From Octopus sinensis (taxonomy: Eukaryota): DNA of 64,000 bases. Location: assembly GCF_006345805.1 (NCBI RefSeq), contig NC_043009.1:54746001-54810000 (forward strand), in the 5' to 3' direction. Of the stretch, positions 1-13,919 are shown one piece after another. Numbering within the stretch: position 1 is the first letter of the stretch; every line of letters starts with the position of its first letter. The translations under genes were made by a program, and so were the position numbers. Below the pieces are notes generated by a model. It was not told the origin of the DNA. It worked only from the letters and a program-made list of their open reading frames with translations, and searched no databases.

Positions 1-33
1 ATTAACAGAAGTACAGTTGTCCGGTTGTATAGC

Positions 34-260
34 TAAGCTGGCAGAAACGTTAGCACGCCGGGCGAAATGCTTAGCGATATTTCGTCTGCCGTTACGTTCT
101 GAGTTCAAATTCCGCCGAGGTCGACTTTGCCTTTCAACCTTTCGGGGTCGATTATATAAGTACCAGTTACGCACTGGGGTCAATATAATCGACTTAATCC
201 GTTTGTCTGTCCTTGTTTGAACTTTCTGTGTTTAGCCCCTTGTGGGTAGTAAAGAAATAT
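34..260 (+). mobile_element. tRNA-derived SINE family A (other copies at about 8451-8645 +, 12470-12675 -, 21115-21520 + x2, 24820-25035 +, 59500-59712 -)
   Basis: A-box-like GCTGGCAGAA, B-box GAGTTCAAATTCC and body cgaggtcgactttgcctttca recur through the window. Confidence 0.85.
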
Positions 261-3200
261 GTATAGCTAAGAAGCGGCAGACCTTGGGCTAGTGTCTTTC
301 CACAATATATAACCCCAGTGCCCTCAGGCTACGAAAGTGAAAAGATCCGACCAATGTCTTGTGAGTGAATTTGACAGACGAAAACTCTGTGTGTGTGTGT
401 GTGTGTGTGTGAACCGCCACTTGACAACTAGCAATGGTTTGTTTACATCCCAGTAACGTAGCGGTTCGAAAAAAAATATATATATATAAAGTAAGTAACG
501 GACTTTAAAAATCAGTACAGTGGTTATTTTGTTCGACTAACCCAACAATGCGGTGCTCCGGCGTGGCCGCAATCAAAGGGCTGAAACAAAAGATTTTTAA
601 AAAAAACAAACAAACAAACAAGTAAAAGAGTAAACAACCTTTAGCATCAACAAAAACGACAAAATCAAACACAAATAATAACGATGACGAATCACTGTCG
701 TCACCGATATTGTCAGCATCGATGTCAACAACATAAAACGTAAAAAGGGCGAAAGAGCCAACCGACCGAAGCTATTGCGTAGTAGTCATTCGAAATAACA
801 GCCAAATAGCCTCCAAAACAAGAGCGCGCGCACAAACGCACCGAAGGACATTACCCACAGCGACAACACGCATAAACAGTTATGTGGTCGTCCAGCCTGC
901 TTAAAATAGCAGCCAAACACATTGTAGTGCGTTGGTTGATACGAGAAAGTAACATCAAATAATGAATGAGGTCTTAGATCTATGTTTACGTCTTCAAAAG
1001 GAGGGGCGGCCACAGCCGGATTGCAGTTGGTCATAGACCTGTTCCGCCAGAGCAGACCTGGCAAAACTGGCTCTTCGCGCCTACACACACACAAATTATG
1101 GCCGTCTATTCTACGTCGCAATTGTTCAAACTGGTCAACCTGCTAGATATAGAAGTCAAATCTCACTCAATTCCCACCTAAGGAAGGACGCGTTGGATAA
1201 TGCAGTCCTGGGTATATAATATTTATACAAAAAACCGGGATGGTCACATCTGGAATGGTTTTAATCATAGGTCTGCTCCATCAGAACTGACTTGGTGTAT
1301 GTGTGCATGGCCGCAGTCTAATGACTGAAGCAAGTAACAGCCAAAAAATACATGTAGCGTATGTGCACAGACACACACACACACATGTTTGGACTCCATG
1401 TCAGCCCTGACTGAACAAGGTATGACCAAAGCGATCTAGCCAAGACGGTCGATGAAGGAAATGGATACTAGGAACTGCAGGTACACTAACGTCCAAGAAG
1501 ATGCTATAAGTCACAACTAACGCCACTTCGTGAGCTGAGGGAAATACCATCCCTAGCGTACCTCCTTATTTCCATGATTGCATCACATCTTTTGAAACAC
1601 CAAGGGCTAATTTACCCAATGCATCCATTTAAAAGATGTACAGGGGAGATTTCAGGGAGATTTGGTGGCTATTTCTGTCAAGTCAGACGATCGTGTTGAT
1701 GCTCTCTCATTAAAAGTTCTCGGCAATCCGATTTTGACAAAGTTTCGGTTCTCATTTCCAGCTGCTTCACTTAAACGTTACCTGGATCCTTGGAACTAGG
1801 GATAGGAAGGATCTTTACTTTATGCTAAGATTCGTGAGACCGAGGGAAGGTCAGATGTTATAAGCACATACACGCACGCGATTAGATGCATAGAGAAACA
1901 CTGTTCCTCTGGTCCCCGCTACTTCCACTACTGGAGTGATAAAAATCTAAATAATTTACGGCATATCTACACAACTGCGCTCACCATCCACCCAGCTTTT
2001 GTTTCCTCATAATTTGCAGAAAAATTGGTAATTTTTTTAAAATAAAATTTCCCACAAGTACCTTTCAGGTGGTGTAGATTTATGATTATATCAGAATTTA
2101 ATGTGAAAAAGAAAACTGACGAGCGTGCAGCTTCAGTTTTGTCTACGGGTGTATACGAGTGCACGACCACGAATTTTTTTTTTTTTTTTTTTTTCCCCAC
2201 ATTAAATACCAATATAATCGTAACCTACATCAGTTTTCCGAAAGTTACAGGGAACAAAATCAATTTGAGTGAACTATCCAAAACTACCCTTCAGCCCCAA
2301 CTGAAAAAAGATTTCACAACAAATCTTGGTCTAATCGGAATCTATACCATCTGACAGATAGAAGAAAATTTCATTCTGAAAGTTAGGAGGAACTAAATCT
2401 AGTGAGGTTTGTGGCGGGCACACATGTATAGGTATGCCTAATTTATATTTCATTCCGTCTCACTCTTGATTTCTCTACTGTCATTCATCGAACACCCGAA
2501 GTTTGTCCCGGGGTCAAACCCACTGAGTGCTATTTTGGGTGTCTTTTACCATGGTCTGGATCAATCAAAGCCTTCTGGGTGAAACTGGGCTGACGGGAAC
2601 TGTACGAAGGGCCAGCAGGTGAATTGTACCTGTTATTTAACAGTAGCCTTGTCAGACACCGGTACATACTCAGCCACTTGCACATCAGTTCGATGAAAAA
2701 CTGGATATTAAACGGTGAAACCAACGGAGATCCTACTATTTAAACGCCAAAAATACCTGACAACCTGACAAACTGAATAGTGAACAGAAATGCACATATC
2801 AAAAGCCATCGTGATCTCCCAGAGAAGGTATCTATGTTGCGGACAATTATGGAAGGCTACAGAAATACTAATAGTAAAAAAAAGATTAATCAGTAACATC
2901 AACAACAATCAGATAGAATATGGCACTCGGAGAGGGTCACACAATACATTAGAAATAGCAGTTAAATCTCCGTCAAACTGTACTGTACCGTCTTAAGTAA
3001 GGAAACAACACATTAGCTAATGGGAGTCCTACATACTAAAAGGGAAGATGACAGCTGGGACACTTATTCCATAGATCTGCTTGGTTAGGGCTAAACTACT
3101 TTTCATTATTGATGGCTGAATCGTTGAAGCGTCGGGCAGAATGCCTTGGAGTATTCTGACTATGTTCAGAGTTCAGTTCCCGCTGATGTCAACTTTGCCT

Positions 3201-5398
3201 TTCAACCCTCTGGAGTCGATAAAATTAAATACCAGTCAAGAACCGAGGTCGATGGTAACAACTAATCCCTTCCCTTCAAAATTGCCAGCACTGAGCTTAA
3301 ACCAGAATCGTCAGCGCGTCAGGTCTAAGCTCTGAATTCAAATTCTACCGAGGTCGGTTCTTCATTGAGCATTGGGGTCGATGTGGTTCAACTAGTCTTT
3401 TTTTGCAAACATCCAAGCCTTGTGTCTATGGTAGAAGGAATTATTATTATTAATTAGTCGGAGGAGGAGGAGGGACATTGACTATAACCGCTGCAGATAC
3501 TCACCAGGGTGGGAGATCAATGTTTGTACTGAAGAAAAAAAACGTCATTTTCGACGAAATGCTGCTGGAGCGCCTTTCACCAGAAATCTATTCTCGGGAG
3601 GAGGCAATTCTAAGCAATGATGATTTCAGATTTTGACACAAGGCCAGCAAGTTCGGGGAAAGGAGTAAGTCGATTACACTGACCCTAGTACTCAACTGAT
3701 ACTTGTTTTATCAACCCCGAAAGGATGAAAGGTAAAGTCGACCTCACGATCAGTAACGTAGGTCTTGACACATTCATTCAGCCAGCTAGAAACACGAGCG
3801 AATTCTCCTTTAATTCACACTCTACTATTGGTAAAAAAAAATAGGCAACAAAGAGTAATGCAGTCGTAGATTCATTATGTATGGAAAGAAAAAAGAAACG
3901 ACGAATTTGCTCAATCGGGTTTGAACTAGAGCTAATCAACAACGTAGACGAAAATTCCAAAAGGCTGTGGACTCGGAGGATGAAGGATATTTGGTAAACG
4001 TGTTCGATCTGATATAGTGTTCTGTGGGGAAGTTATTGGTAGAGCGGGAAAGCCGAAGCCAGTGTAGGAAGGTCTGATGTATTCAAAAGAACAGTGGCCG
4101 TTGAAGTAGCAGTATTAGAGGCGTTATGTACCAACTGAAGTAGTATAATAAACGAAATAGAGAGTTGCAACTGGAAACAGTACGGCTTTGCCTCTTTTTC
4201 AGGGTTTCGTGTACTCGCCTATTTGTGATTGTTAACCAAAGTCGAAGTAATTAAATAAAGGCACTGAAGTGTTTGCTTTCCTTTTCTTCACAACAATGAT
4301 AATAACTGACACTAAATCATGCACGTACATGTGAGTGTGTGTGTGTATGAGAGAGATTTATATTTATACAGGTGTGTAACTGAGTATACATACAGGTATG
4401 GATGGTGATAAGAAGCTTATTTTGCGACTACATGTTTTCGGGTTCAGGCCCACCGCATCGTACCTTGGGGAAGTATAATAATAGCCCCGGCCGATCAATG
4501 CTTTGTGAGTGAATTTGGTAGACAGAAACAGTGTACATAATACACCCACACCCACACAGAGCATGTATATATATATATATATGTGTGTATATATGAGAGG
4601 GAGAAAGAGAGATTTCAGTGTGTGTATGTCCACCGCCACCAGTGTTTGTTTACGTCCCTGACCGAAAGAAATAAAAGCCAGATTATAAATTTAAAAAAAA
4701 AAAGTACTGGTGGATGATTTCTTCGACTAAACGCCTTCAAGGCGGTGCCCCAGCATGGTCGCAGTGCAATGACTAAAACAAGTGTGTGTGTTTGTGCATG
4801 TGTGTGTGAGTGCTGGATGTGCAGTGCGTGAATGAAATCAGATTCCTATCTGTTAACTCGATGTTTCGAAAACCTATTTACTTTCTCTTTCTCGCGTTCT
4901 CATTCAATGTTTCCTCTGCGTATAGTTAAAACCCAGCCAGCCCGTCTATAGCAGATAACTTTGGCCCTGTGTGTGTATGTCTACATATATATATGAATAT
5001 ATATTTAACAAACAACAAAATGATAATAAAACTAGCTTTAAACTCCACTAGATAGTAGTTAGTCTATTGCATTCTCGTTCCGTTCTTTTACGCTATCATT
5101 TCTCTGCGCATTGCCATCACTATCTGCTTTAATGGGATTTCATTCAAAGTGATGACGATAATGATGACCGTGATACCGATTTTCTACAAACGCTCAAAAA
5201 CAGCCTGATACCACAACAGCTGCAGCTTGGTATTACTAAATAACGGCAATAATATTGTGCAATACTAATAATGACAAATACTGTGAAAAAAATATATATA
5301 ACACAATAGTTACAAACGATTATAACGGTCACAGCAAAACAAAAGTAGCTGTCTCACTCTCTCTCTCTCTGTATCACCATATAGATAGACAGATTGTC

Positions 5399-5438
<40 letters not shown>

Positions 5439-5591
5439 AAGAGGAAACCCTTTTGTAGTCACTTTGGGAGAGGATCCTTTAAGGCAAACCGGCTGATAAC
5501 ATTAAGCAGACTATATGCCAGCCAATTCCTTGGACCTGTCTGGGACCCACCAAATTTTGTTAACAATAACAGAAGCAGAAAGAAACACACA

Positions 5592-5650
<59 letters not shown>

Positions 5651-5792
5651 GTGTATGTGTATGTGTGTGTGTGTATAATTTTTGTGTGAGTGTATAATTA
5701 TGTAATTATTAACGCTGATATGCCAACGGCAATGAACAATGAATATAATAATAATAAGCATATTACAAAAGCATAATAGAAATAACGATCAT

Positions 5793-5864
<72 letters not shown>

Positions 5865-6049
5865 ATATGTATGTATGTATGTATCGCTTCTTCTTCTTAC
5901 CAAGTGCCAGATGCTCCGATGTGCTTTCCCCCTGTGCAGCAGAAACGAAATAATAACAATAAACAAATTCACCACTTAGTCACGTGACTATGTCTCATGA
6001 AGTTGGAAGCAGCGACTGATCACATGACAATGTTTGGGATTACAACACG

Positions 6050-6738
6050 CCCTCCCTCTTTCTTTCTCTATGTCTCTCTATATATCTCTCTGTCTCTCTA
6101 TCTATCTCTCTGTTTTTCTCTTTCTTTCTTTCTTCCGCGCTCTCTGTTTTTCTGACTCTCTTCCCCCACCACCCCGGCCCTCTTTCTTTGTGTCTGTCTT
6201 TTTCTTTCTTTCTCTATGTCTCTCTATCTCTCTGTCTCTCTTTTTCTCTTTCTTTCTTTCTTCCGCGCTCTCTGTTTTTCTGTCTCTCTTTCTCCCCGCC
6301 CCCACCCCGGCCCTCTTTCTTTGTGTCTGTCTTTTTCTTTCTTTCTCTATGTCTCTCTATCTCTCTGTCTCTCCTGTTCTCTTTCTTTCTTCTTCCGCGC
6401 TCTCTGTTTTTCTGTCTCTCTTCTCCCCGCCCCCACCCCGGCCCTCTTTCTTTGTGTCTGTCTTTTTCTTTCTTTCTCTATGTCTCTCTATCTCTCTGTC
6501 TCTCTTTTTCTCTTTCTTTCTTTCTTCCGCGCTCTCTGTTTTTCTGTCTCTCTTTCTCCCCGCCCCCACCCCGGCCCTCTTTCTTTGTGTCTGTCTTTTT
6601 CTTTCTTTCTCTATGTCTCTCTATCTCTCTGTCTCTCCTGTTCTCTTTCTTTCTTTCTTTCGCGCTCTCTGTTTTTCTGTCTCTCTTTCCTCCCCCACCC
6701 GCCCTCTTTCTTTGTGTCTGTCTTTTTCTTTCTTGTTC

Positions 6739-6790
<52 letters not shown>
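6050..6790. repeat. Polypyrimidine minisatellite, ~130-bp unit
   Basis: cgcgctctctgtttttctg recurs at about 6136, 6264, 6396, 6528, 6661, mostly followed by ccccgcccccaccccggcc. Confidence 0.9.
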
Positions 6791-7201
6791 ACTCTCTTTC
6801 CGTGTCTATGGTGATGATTGCATGATGATCATTCATATATACATTTAATACATTTACGTACATACAATGTCGCAGCTGGCTGGTCGGCAAGATGCTAGCA
6901 AAAATGTCAATAGGTCGTATCTCATTTACCGATGCTACAGGTTTTAATCTCAGCAAATGCACTTCGTGACTGGCTCATACAAATGACTCTGCCTTAGATG
7001 CAACTTCGTACAAGGGAAGAGAGCTAACCGACTGTCATGCCATCAGGAAGGAAAACAGTCGCACAGTGGAAGAAACAAAACAAAATTATTACTTTTTAGC
7101 AGTTCTATGAACGAAATAGCCGCCTCGTCTTTTACCCTTTTTCATTTATTTACTTACTTTTTTGTTATTGGTGTTGAGGAATATGTTTGCATCATCTAAG
7201 T

Positions 7202-7522
7202 GTGTCGTTCCCTTTTCTAAGATGTTGGGATAGGATTTGAGCGGGCGTTTGACTGTTATTTCTAACATTTTCGTTGGTTTTCTCTGACCAAATCCCCCCC
7301 AATTTAATTTTTTTTTCTTTGCCAACTACAAGGGGTGGTCATAAAAAAAAAATCGAGGTAAAAGTGTCGTTCCCTTTTCTAAGATGTTGGGATAGGATTT
7401 GAGCGGGCGTTTGACTGTTATTTCTAACATTTTCGTTGGTTTTCTGACCAAATCCCCCCCCCCCAATATTTTTTTTTTTTTGCCAACTACAAGGGGTGGC
7501 CATAAAAAAAAATCGAGGTAAA
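7202..7522. repeat. Direct tandem duplication, ~162-bp unit
   Basis: gtgtcgttcccttttctaagatg...aatcgaggtaaa starts at 7202 and 7364. Confidence 0.9.
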
Positions 7523-7780
7523 TTTTCTTTAGAATTTTATATTGGTTTTATTTATATAGGAACCGGCATAAAACGGGTAACTTTGGAATTGCTGTTATCT
7601 TTTAATCTTTTTCTTGTGAAAATGGGGGGTGGGGGTGGCGGAGGAAGTCTTTCCACACAAAGACACACACCCACACACATCTACATTATATATACGACGT
7701 CTACCAAATCCACTAACAGGGATTCGGTCGGCCCAACTTAACTTTTATCAACTTTTTGGGTGGTAATAATACAATGACGA

Positions 7781-8046
7781 GTGGAGGCGCGTGGCTTAGT
7801 GGTTAGGGTGTCAGCACAATGATCGTAATATTGTGGTTTCGATTCCTGGACCAGGCGACGTGTAGTCTTCTTGAGCAAAACACTTCATTTCACGTTGCTT
7901 CAGTCCACTCAGCTGGCAAAAATGAGTAACGCTGCCATGGACTGGCGTCTCGTCCAGTTGGGGAACACATACGCCATAGAAACCGGGAAACGGGGCCCAT
8001 GAATGAGCCTGGCTAGGCTTTAAAAAAGGGCGCATTTATTATTTTT
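7781..8046 (+). mobile_element. tRNA-derived SINE family C, full length, with 14-bp TSD (second copy about 12900-13165 on -)
   Basis: A-box TGGCTTAGTGG, B-box GGTTTCGATTCC. TSD TAATACAATGACGA at 7767-7780 and 8047-8060. Confidence 0.9.
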
Positions 8047-8310
8047 TAATACAATGACGAACATTCTGAATACGACCGAGCAGATTCGAACGTGAATATC
8101 TTTCATCTGTCGTATTTTGGTTACGGAGATCTGCTTATTTTCCATTTGTACAACTCCTCCCATCAATAATCTATCATTTGCTCCTCTTCCTCCGCATCTT
8201 CTCTGATTCTTTCTCATTGTGTGTATTCGTGTGCGTAGCCTCGTTGTTTTACTCAACGCGTGCATTCATCCTGCTCCATCTATGTTAACTCCTTTTCCCC
8301 CTCTCTCTAG

Positions 8311-8392
8311 CCGATGGAATCAACCAATTTTTATATCCAGGCAGCATACTACGGATTATGGCATATGTGTGTGTGTGTGTTATCAATATTGC
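8311..8392 (+). other. Candidate orphan exon of an unidentified gene
   Basis: Strong acceptor ccttttccccctctctctag| and consensus donor |GTAAGT. ATG 8314 gives MESTNFYIQAAYYGLWHMCVCVLSIL, but all three frames are open and I recognise no homology. Confidence 0.35.
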
Positions 8393-8859
8393 GTAAGTGC
8401 AAGCGCAATATGATTGGCACAAATTGTATCATAATATTCTGACCAGTTAAGGCGGCGAGCTGGCAGAATCATTAGCATACTGGGCAAATTGCTTAGCAGC
8501 ATTTTGTCCATCATTACATTCTGAGTTCAAATTCCACTGAGGCCAACTTTGACTTTCATCCATTTCAGGGGTTGATAGAATAAGTACCAGTTGAGTATGG
8601 GGGTCTATATAATCAGCTTACCCCCTTCCCTGAAATTTGAAACCAATTTTGTGTAAGTGTGATAATTAGCATGAAACGGATTGTAATATTCTGACCAATT
8701 AAGACAGGGAACTGACAGAATCATTAGCATGCTGGGCAAAATACTTTGCAAACTGTCAAATTTATGCCACACACTCTGTACATATCTATATCTATCTATC
8801 TATCTATCTATGAACCCAGAAATTGAAAACAGAGGGTTACCCACTTGCAAACAAATGTG

Positions 8860-9268
8860 GTAACATATAACAATATTGACCAAGGTTACCGTGGTCTTTT
8901 TCGTAGGCTTTTCTTCCCACGGATAAACCTTACTTGCTTTCCCCTTTACACCATATATCATAACACTGTGATACACGATCCTATTGATCGTTCTTTTTTT
9001 CCTCTTCCCCCTTTTTTTTCCCCTTTTTTCTTCTTTTTTCATTTCTCTTTCCTTTTGTTCCTTTTCCTTTTCTTTTTATTCCTTTTATTTTATTCAATTT
9101 TTTTTTTGTTTTTGTTCTTTTCTCCCCTTTTACGATCCCTCTTGATCGAAAACCTATGCCACCCCTTTTTTTTCTTTTGTTTTTTTGTTCTCTTCATCCC
9201 CCAAAAGAAAAGCTCTACCTTGTAACTTGTCCCATCTGTGTGCAGCCCTGTGTGGCCAATAAAGAAAC
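8860..9268 (+). mobile_element. T-rich LINE-like 3'UTR ending AATAAAGAAA, embedded in (TATC)n
   Basis: (TATC)n on both sides, long T-rich tract, poly(A)-signal-like end. A Tx1/L1 origin is inference only; no coding part is present. Confidence 0.45.
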
Positions 9269-9323
<55 letters not shown>

Positions 9324-9352
9324 GCTATCTATCTCTCTATATATATATATAT

Positions 9353-10012
9353 AATAAGAAAATGGAGGAATAGATTTCTTTCAATCATCAACTTCCAGAT
9401 AATACCAATTCATATAATTTATTAACTAATTATTTAGATTAAATAGGAACATTACATGAATTGGTATTATCTGGAAGTTGATGATTGAAAGAAATCTATT
9501 CCTCCATTTTCTTATTTTGTATTATGAATTTGAGGTAAAACATCTAATTTCCCCCATATAATACAATAAATGAATTAATTGCATTGCAATTCTAAGCATT
9601 TATGTATTAGCCTTCTGGGTACTTTACTAGCAGTATATTGGATAAATGATATCCCATAGTGGGTTACACTCATAACCCCTATCTCACTTTGTACTTTTAT
9701 ATATATATATACAAATTGAGATAGGGGTTGTAAATGCAACCCTCCATGGGATAACATATATTCAATATACTGCTAGTGAAGTACCCAACAAAATTAATAC
9801 ATAAATGTTAAGGATTGCGATGCAATCAATTCATTTACTGTATTATATGGGCAAAGGTAAAATGATTTACCACAAATTACTAATACAAGATAAGAAAATG
9901 GAGAAACACATCTAAATCAAATATCAATTACCAGATAATACTCAAAGTATGTGATTGAGTATTATCTGGTAATTGATATTTGATTTAGATGTATTTCTCC
10001 ATTTTCTTATCT

Positions 10013-10016
<4 letters not shown>
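9353..10016. repeat. Nested palindrome: two related elements tail-to-tail about (TA)n, each capped by a ~60-bp-arm hairpin
   Basis: Hairpins at 9353-9516 and 9884-10016; imperfect inverted symmetry about ~9700. Related copy at 62586-62738. Confidence 0.85.
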
Positions 10017-10071
<55 letters not shown>

Positions 10072-10247
10072 ATATATATATATGTCATTATCATCATATA
10101 GCGTCTATTTTCCATGCTGACATGGGTTAGACGGCTTGAGTCGAATTGGTAAGCCAGAGAGCTGTACCAGGCTCCAGTCTGTTTTGGCTTGATTTCTATG
10201 GTTGGATGCCACAGTCAACATGTATGTATGTATGTATGTATGTATGA

Positions 10248-10296
<49 letters not shown>

Positions 10297-10300
<4 letters not shown>

Positions 10301-11416
10301 GTCATCCCATAAATAATAGTTTTTTCAATTGCATGAACTAAAAGGCGAGGTAGGGGCAGGATAAACTACCTGCATCAACTTTCTTTAAAAGGAGGTAGTA
10401 ATTTTACCTTGTGCTTGTTCTTAGTGCAAGTTTTGAAGTGTGCAGTTTGATTTTAACACTTATTTTTTCAAAGCTATAATGGAAGTGACAAAGGACCATA
10501 TTTGGCATATTTTACTTAATGAGTTAAATAAAGGTAACAATGCAATGGAAAGTGCAAAGAATATTAAAGCATATGGGGATCGGACAATAAGAGTAAGCCA
10601 GTGTCAACGGTGGTTCCAGAAATTCCAAGCTGGAAACTACAGCCTAGAAGATGAGCCTCATTCTAGAAGATCTGAGGAGCTCAACAAAGACATCCTACAA
10701 ACCCTGGTGGAACAAAATCCCATCGTATCTGTTGAGAAACTAGTAGAGAAGCTTGGATTTGGTCATTCAGCCATTGATCAACACCTGCATGCCATAGGAA
10801 AAGTCAGCAAATTTGATCAATGTGTTCCTCACAAACTTTCTGAGTCTAATCACGCATAGAGAGTGAATGTGTGCTCTTCTTTGCTGTCACGCCCCATGAA
10901 TGAACCTTTTTTGGGATTGAATAGTGACTGGTGACAAGCAATGGGATCTCTATAAAAATGTTTGGTGGGATATGAAAGGTTTAGTCCACTTTGAACTTTT
11001 AAACCCAAACCAAACAATAATAAATAAGAATTACTGTGAACAGCTGGAGCAGCTTAAATCAGTGCTAGAAGAAAAACAACCGTCTTTGGTTTCAAGACAA
11101 AATGTGTTCTTCCATCAGGATAATGTTTGGCCACATACAGCTAGGATGACATTCTAAAGGCTGGATCAGTTTGAATGGGAAACGATGCCCCACCCACCCA
11201 CCATATTCGCTGGACATTGCTCCATCTGATTATCATTTATTCCACAGTCTTCTAAATCATTTGGATGGAAAAAATATGAATTCTGTTGACAACAGTACTG
11301 GAGGAGAATTTTTCGTCACTGACAAGTGAATTTTGGAAGAGGGACATTGCAAGAACTTTATCTTAATTTTGAAAAATAAAAGAAGTATACAAAAACCCCA
11401 TTATTTATGGGATGAC
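10297..11416 (+). mobile_element. Decayed mariner transposon
   Basis: TIRs GTCATCCCATAAATAAT / ATTATTTATGGGATGAC, left end in (TA)n. Broken transposase with HTH (QCQRWFQKF..SLEDEP), VPHKL, TGDKQW, HQDN..PH and HPPYSLDIAPSDYHLF motifs. Confidence 0.92.
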
Positions 11417-11461
11417 AGCTCCTACACGCATTTTTTTCTCTCCTTGTTTCTTTTCTGTGTA

Positions 11462-11499
11462 TCTTTCTGTCGAAGAGCGTAGGCTCGAAACGTGAAAGA
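11462..11499 (+). ncRNA. Minimal hammerhead motif, A6U variant, G at the cleavage position (probably inactive)
   Basis: tcttt-CTGTCGA-a-GAGC(gtag)GCTC-GAAA-CGT-G-aaaga. Confidence 0.55.
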
Positions 11500-13919
11500 C
11501 TTGTTCTATTTCTATTCCTGAGCGCCATACTAATACATTTGTTTGTTTGTACTCCACCTGCCTTCGTCTTCTGTTTATTTTCATAAACCTTCCCGTTATA
11601 TGTATACATATATACACACATATATACACACATATATATACATACATATACATATGTACATACATACCTATATATGTATATGCATATGTATGTGTGTGTA
11701 TCTGTATACATATATGTATGCCTGTATGTGAGAAAAAGACAGAGCAGGAACATGGTCTAATGGTTAGGTTGTTGTATGATCACAAGATCATAATTTTAAT
11801 TTCCAAACAAGCAGTGTGTAGTGTTCTTACACAAAATATTTTGCTTTGTGTTGCTCAAGTCCACTCAGCTGTAAAAGGGTAACCCTGTGACAGACTGGCA
11901 TTCCATCCATGGGGTATGTTGGCCTGCCAACTTAACCAGCTGGGTGGCATCATTTGAAAGCACCAACAATGCAAGGAAGTGTACTGTTACCAGCACTGTA
12001 TAACAACATCCGATAGTCTGGTTAATACAGTAATTGTGGTACAATGATATATCTTTCATCTCTTCTTATTTCTGTCATTAGACTGTGGCCATGCTGGGGT
12101 ATGACCTAGAAGAGTTTAGCGAAACAGATCGACCCCCAGCCCCAGTAATTTTTTTAAAGTCTGGTACTTATTCTATCAATTTCTTTCTGCCAAGCTGTTA
12201 AGTTATAGGGGCATAACTGCACTGACACTGGTTGCCAAATGGTGGTGAGAACAAATACATGCACACACACACACATGCGCATTTATGTGACAGGGTGGTT
12301 TCAGTTTCTGTCTACCAAAACTATTCACAAAAGACCCTGGTCCGACTGAGGCTATATCAGAAGACACTTGCCCAAGATGGCATGCAGTGGGACTGAACCC
12401 AGAACCATGTGGTTGAGAAGAAAACTTCACACCACACACCCACACCTGCACCTCACATTATTCATTTCTACTCTAGGTAAAAGGCCCAAAATTTTAGGGG
12501 AAGGGGCCCAGTGATTAGATTGACCCCAATATGCAACTGGTACTTAATTTATCGACCCCGAAAGGATGAAAGGCAAAGTCAACCTCTGTGGAATTTGAAC
12601 TCATAACGTAAAGACAGATGAAATGCCACTAAGCATTTCGCCTGGGGTGCTAACGTTTCTGCCAGCTTGCCACCTTCTGCACCTTACATTATTGTTAAGC
12701 GTATCAGTCCTGCCAATGTCAGCTTCACCTTTCAACATGCATATATACTCTACATACATACATACATACATACATACATGCATGCATTATTTAAGTATAT
12801 ATGAGCATGTCTAGACATGCAGCTATATGCATGAGAAAACATACATAAAACAAAACATACAAATCTGCACATATACATACATACATACATGCATGCATGA
12901 ATAAATATAAATAAATGCGCCCTTTTAAAGTCTAGCCAGGCTCATGGGCCCAGTTTCCCAGTTTCTGTTTTGCATATGTGTTCCCCAGTTGGATGGGGTG
13001 CCAGTCCATCGCAGCGTTACTCATTTTTGCCAGCTGAGTGGATTGGAGCAACGTGAAATGAAGTGTTTTGCTCAAGAACACAATGCATCGCCCGGTCCAG
13101 GAATCGAAACTACAATCTTATGATCATGATGGTGACACCCTAACCACTAAGCCACGCGCCTCCACACATACATACATACAAAAATACCTTTTTGTTGATG
13201 TTGAAATTCCAATGAAGGAGCTTGGATCTAGGTTAGAAACTGACTCTTTCTCCATTGGAAAGAAATCTTGAAATTAAACTGAATAATGACATACATACAT
13301 ACTACATACATACATACATACATACATACATACATACTACATACATACATACATACATACATACATACACACACATACATACACGCATGCATGCTTGTAT
13401 ACATATTTATGTATACATGCATGCATACATATATGCATAGATGCAACTCAGTTTTAAGCAATGCTATCGATTCATTGTTCACTGAAAGCATCGTGGATAT
13501 GGCTTTCTAGTCTTACTAGGGACCTACACTCTTTCCCACAGAAGTGGTAACGATGGGTACCTCTTGCAGCAGTTCACTATGCCGAATAGTGCTGTCATTC
13601 AATCATGGAATTTTTTTATCAAGATTTTTTACCATTTTCAGCTGACAGCCAGCCATAGTATGCAATGCCTAATAGAGACTATAATAGAGACCAAATTAAG
13701 TGTTGCCTTTGTCCAGAACCTTTTAAAGTGAGGAACAATGGCCAACGTTTGTCTGCTGTGTTTATTTGTCCTTGCTTTATTTTTTTGCACTGCATGATGT
13801 CCAAGGAAAACCACCCTCCTTACCAAGCAGACTTGATAAGATTGCCTGAATTAGTTGCTGACAGCCCAACAGGCAACAGTTTGCACTGGGTTACATGCTA
13901 CCAGTAGCACTAAGAGTGA

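Noticed and set aside
3525-3570. CTGAAGA...gtc/gac...GAAA hammerhead-like string
   Set aside because: An A-run separates the core from stem II and there is no convincing stem I or III.
3820-4170. Possible decayed LINE endonuclease on the minus strand
   Set aside because: Only vague motif resemblance across several stops; too weak to call.
6034-6848. ORFs of 208-263 aa rich in S/L/F
   Set aside because: Translation of a pyrimidine minisatellite, open in all frames.
7781-7860. tRNA-like A and B boxes
   Set aside because: Head of a SINE with body, tail and TSD; no clean cloverleaf. The same holds for the other SINE heads.
13642-13727. Possible exon after accattttcag
   Set aside because: A phase-1 join to 8392 hits a stop after five codons, the donor is weak and I see no homology.
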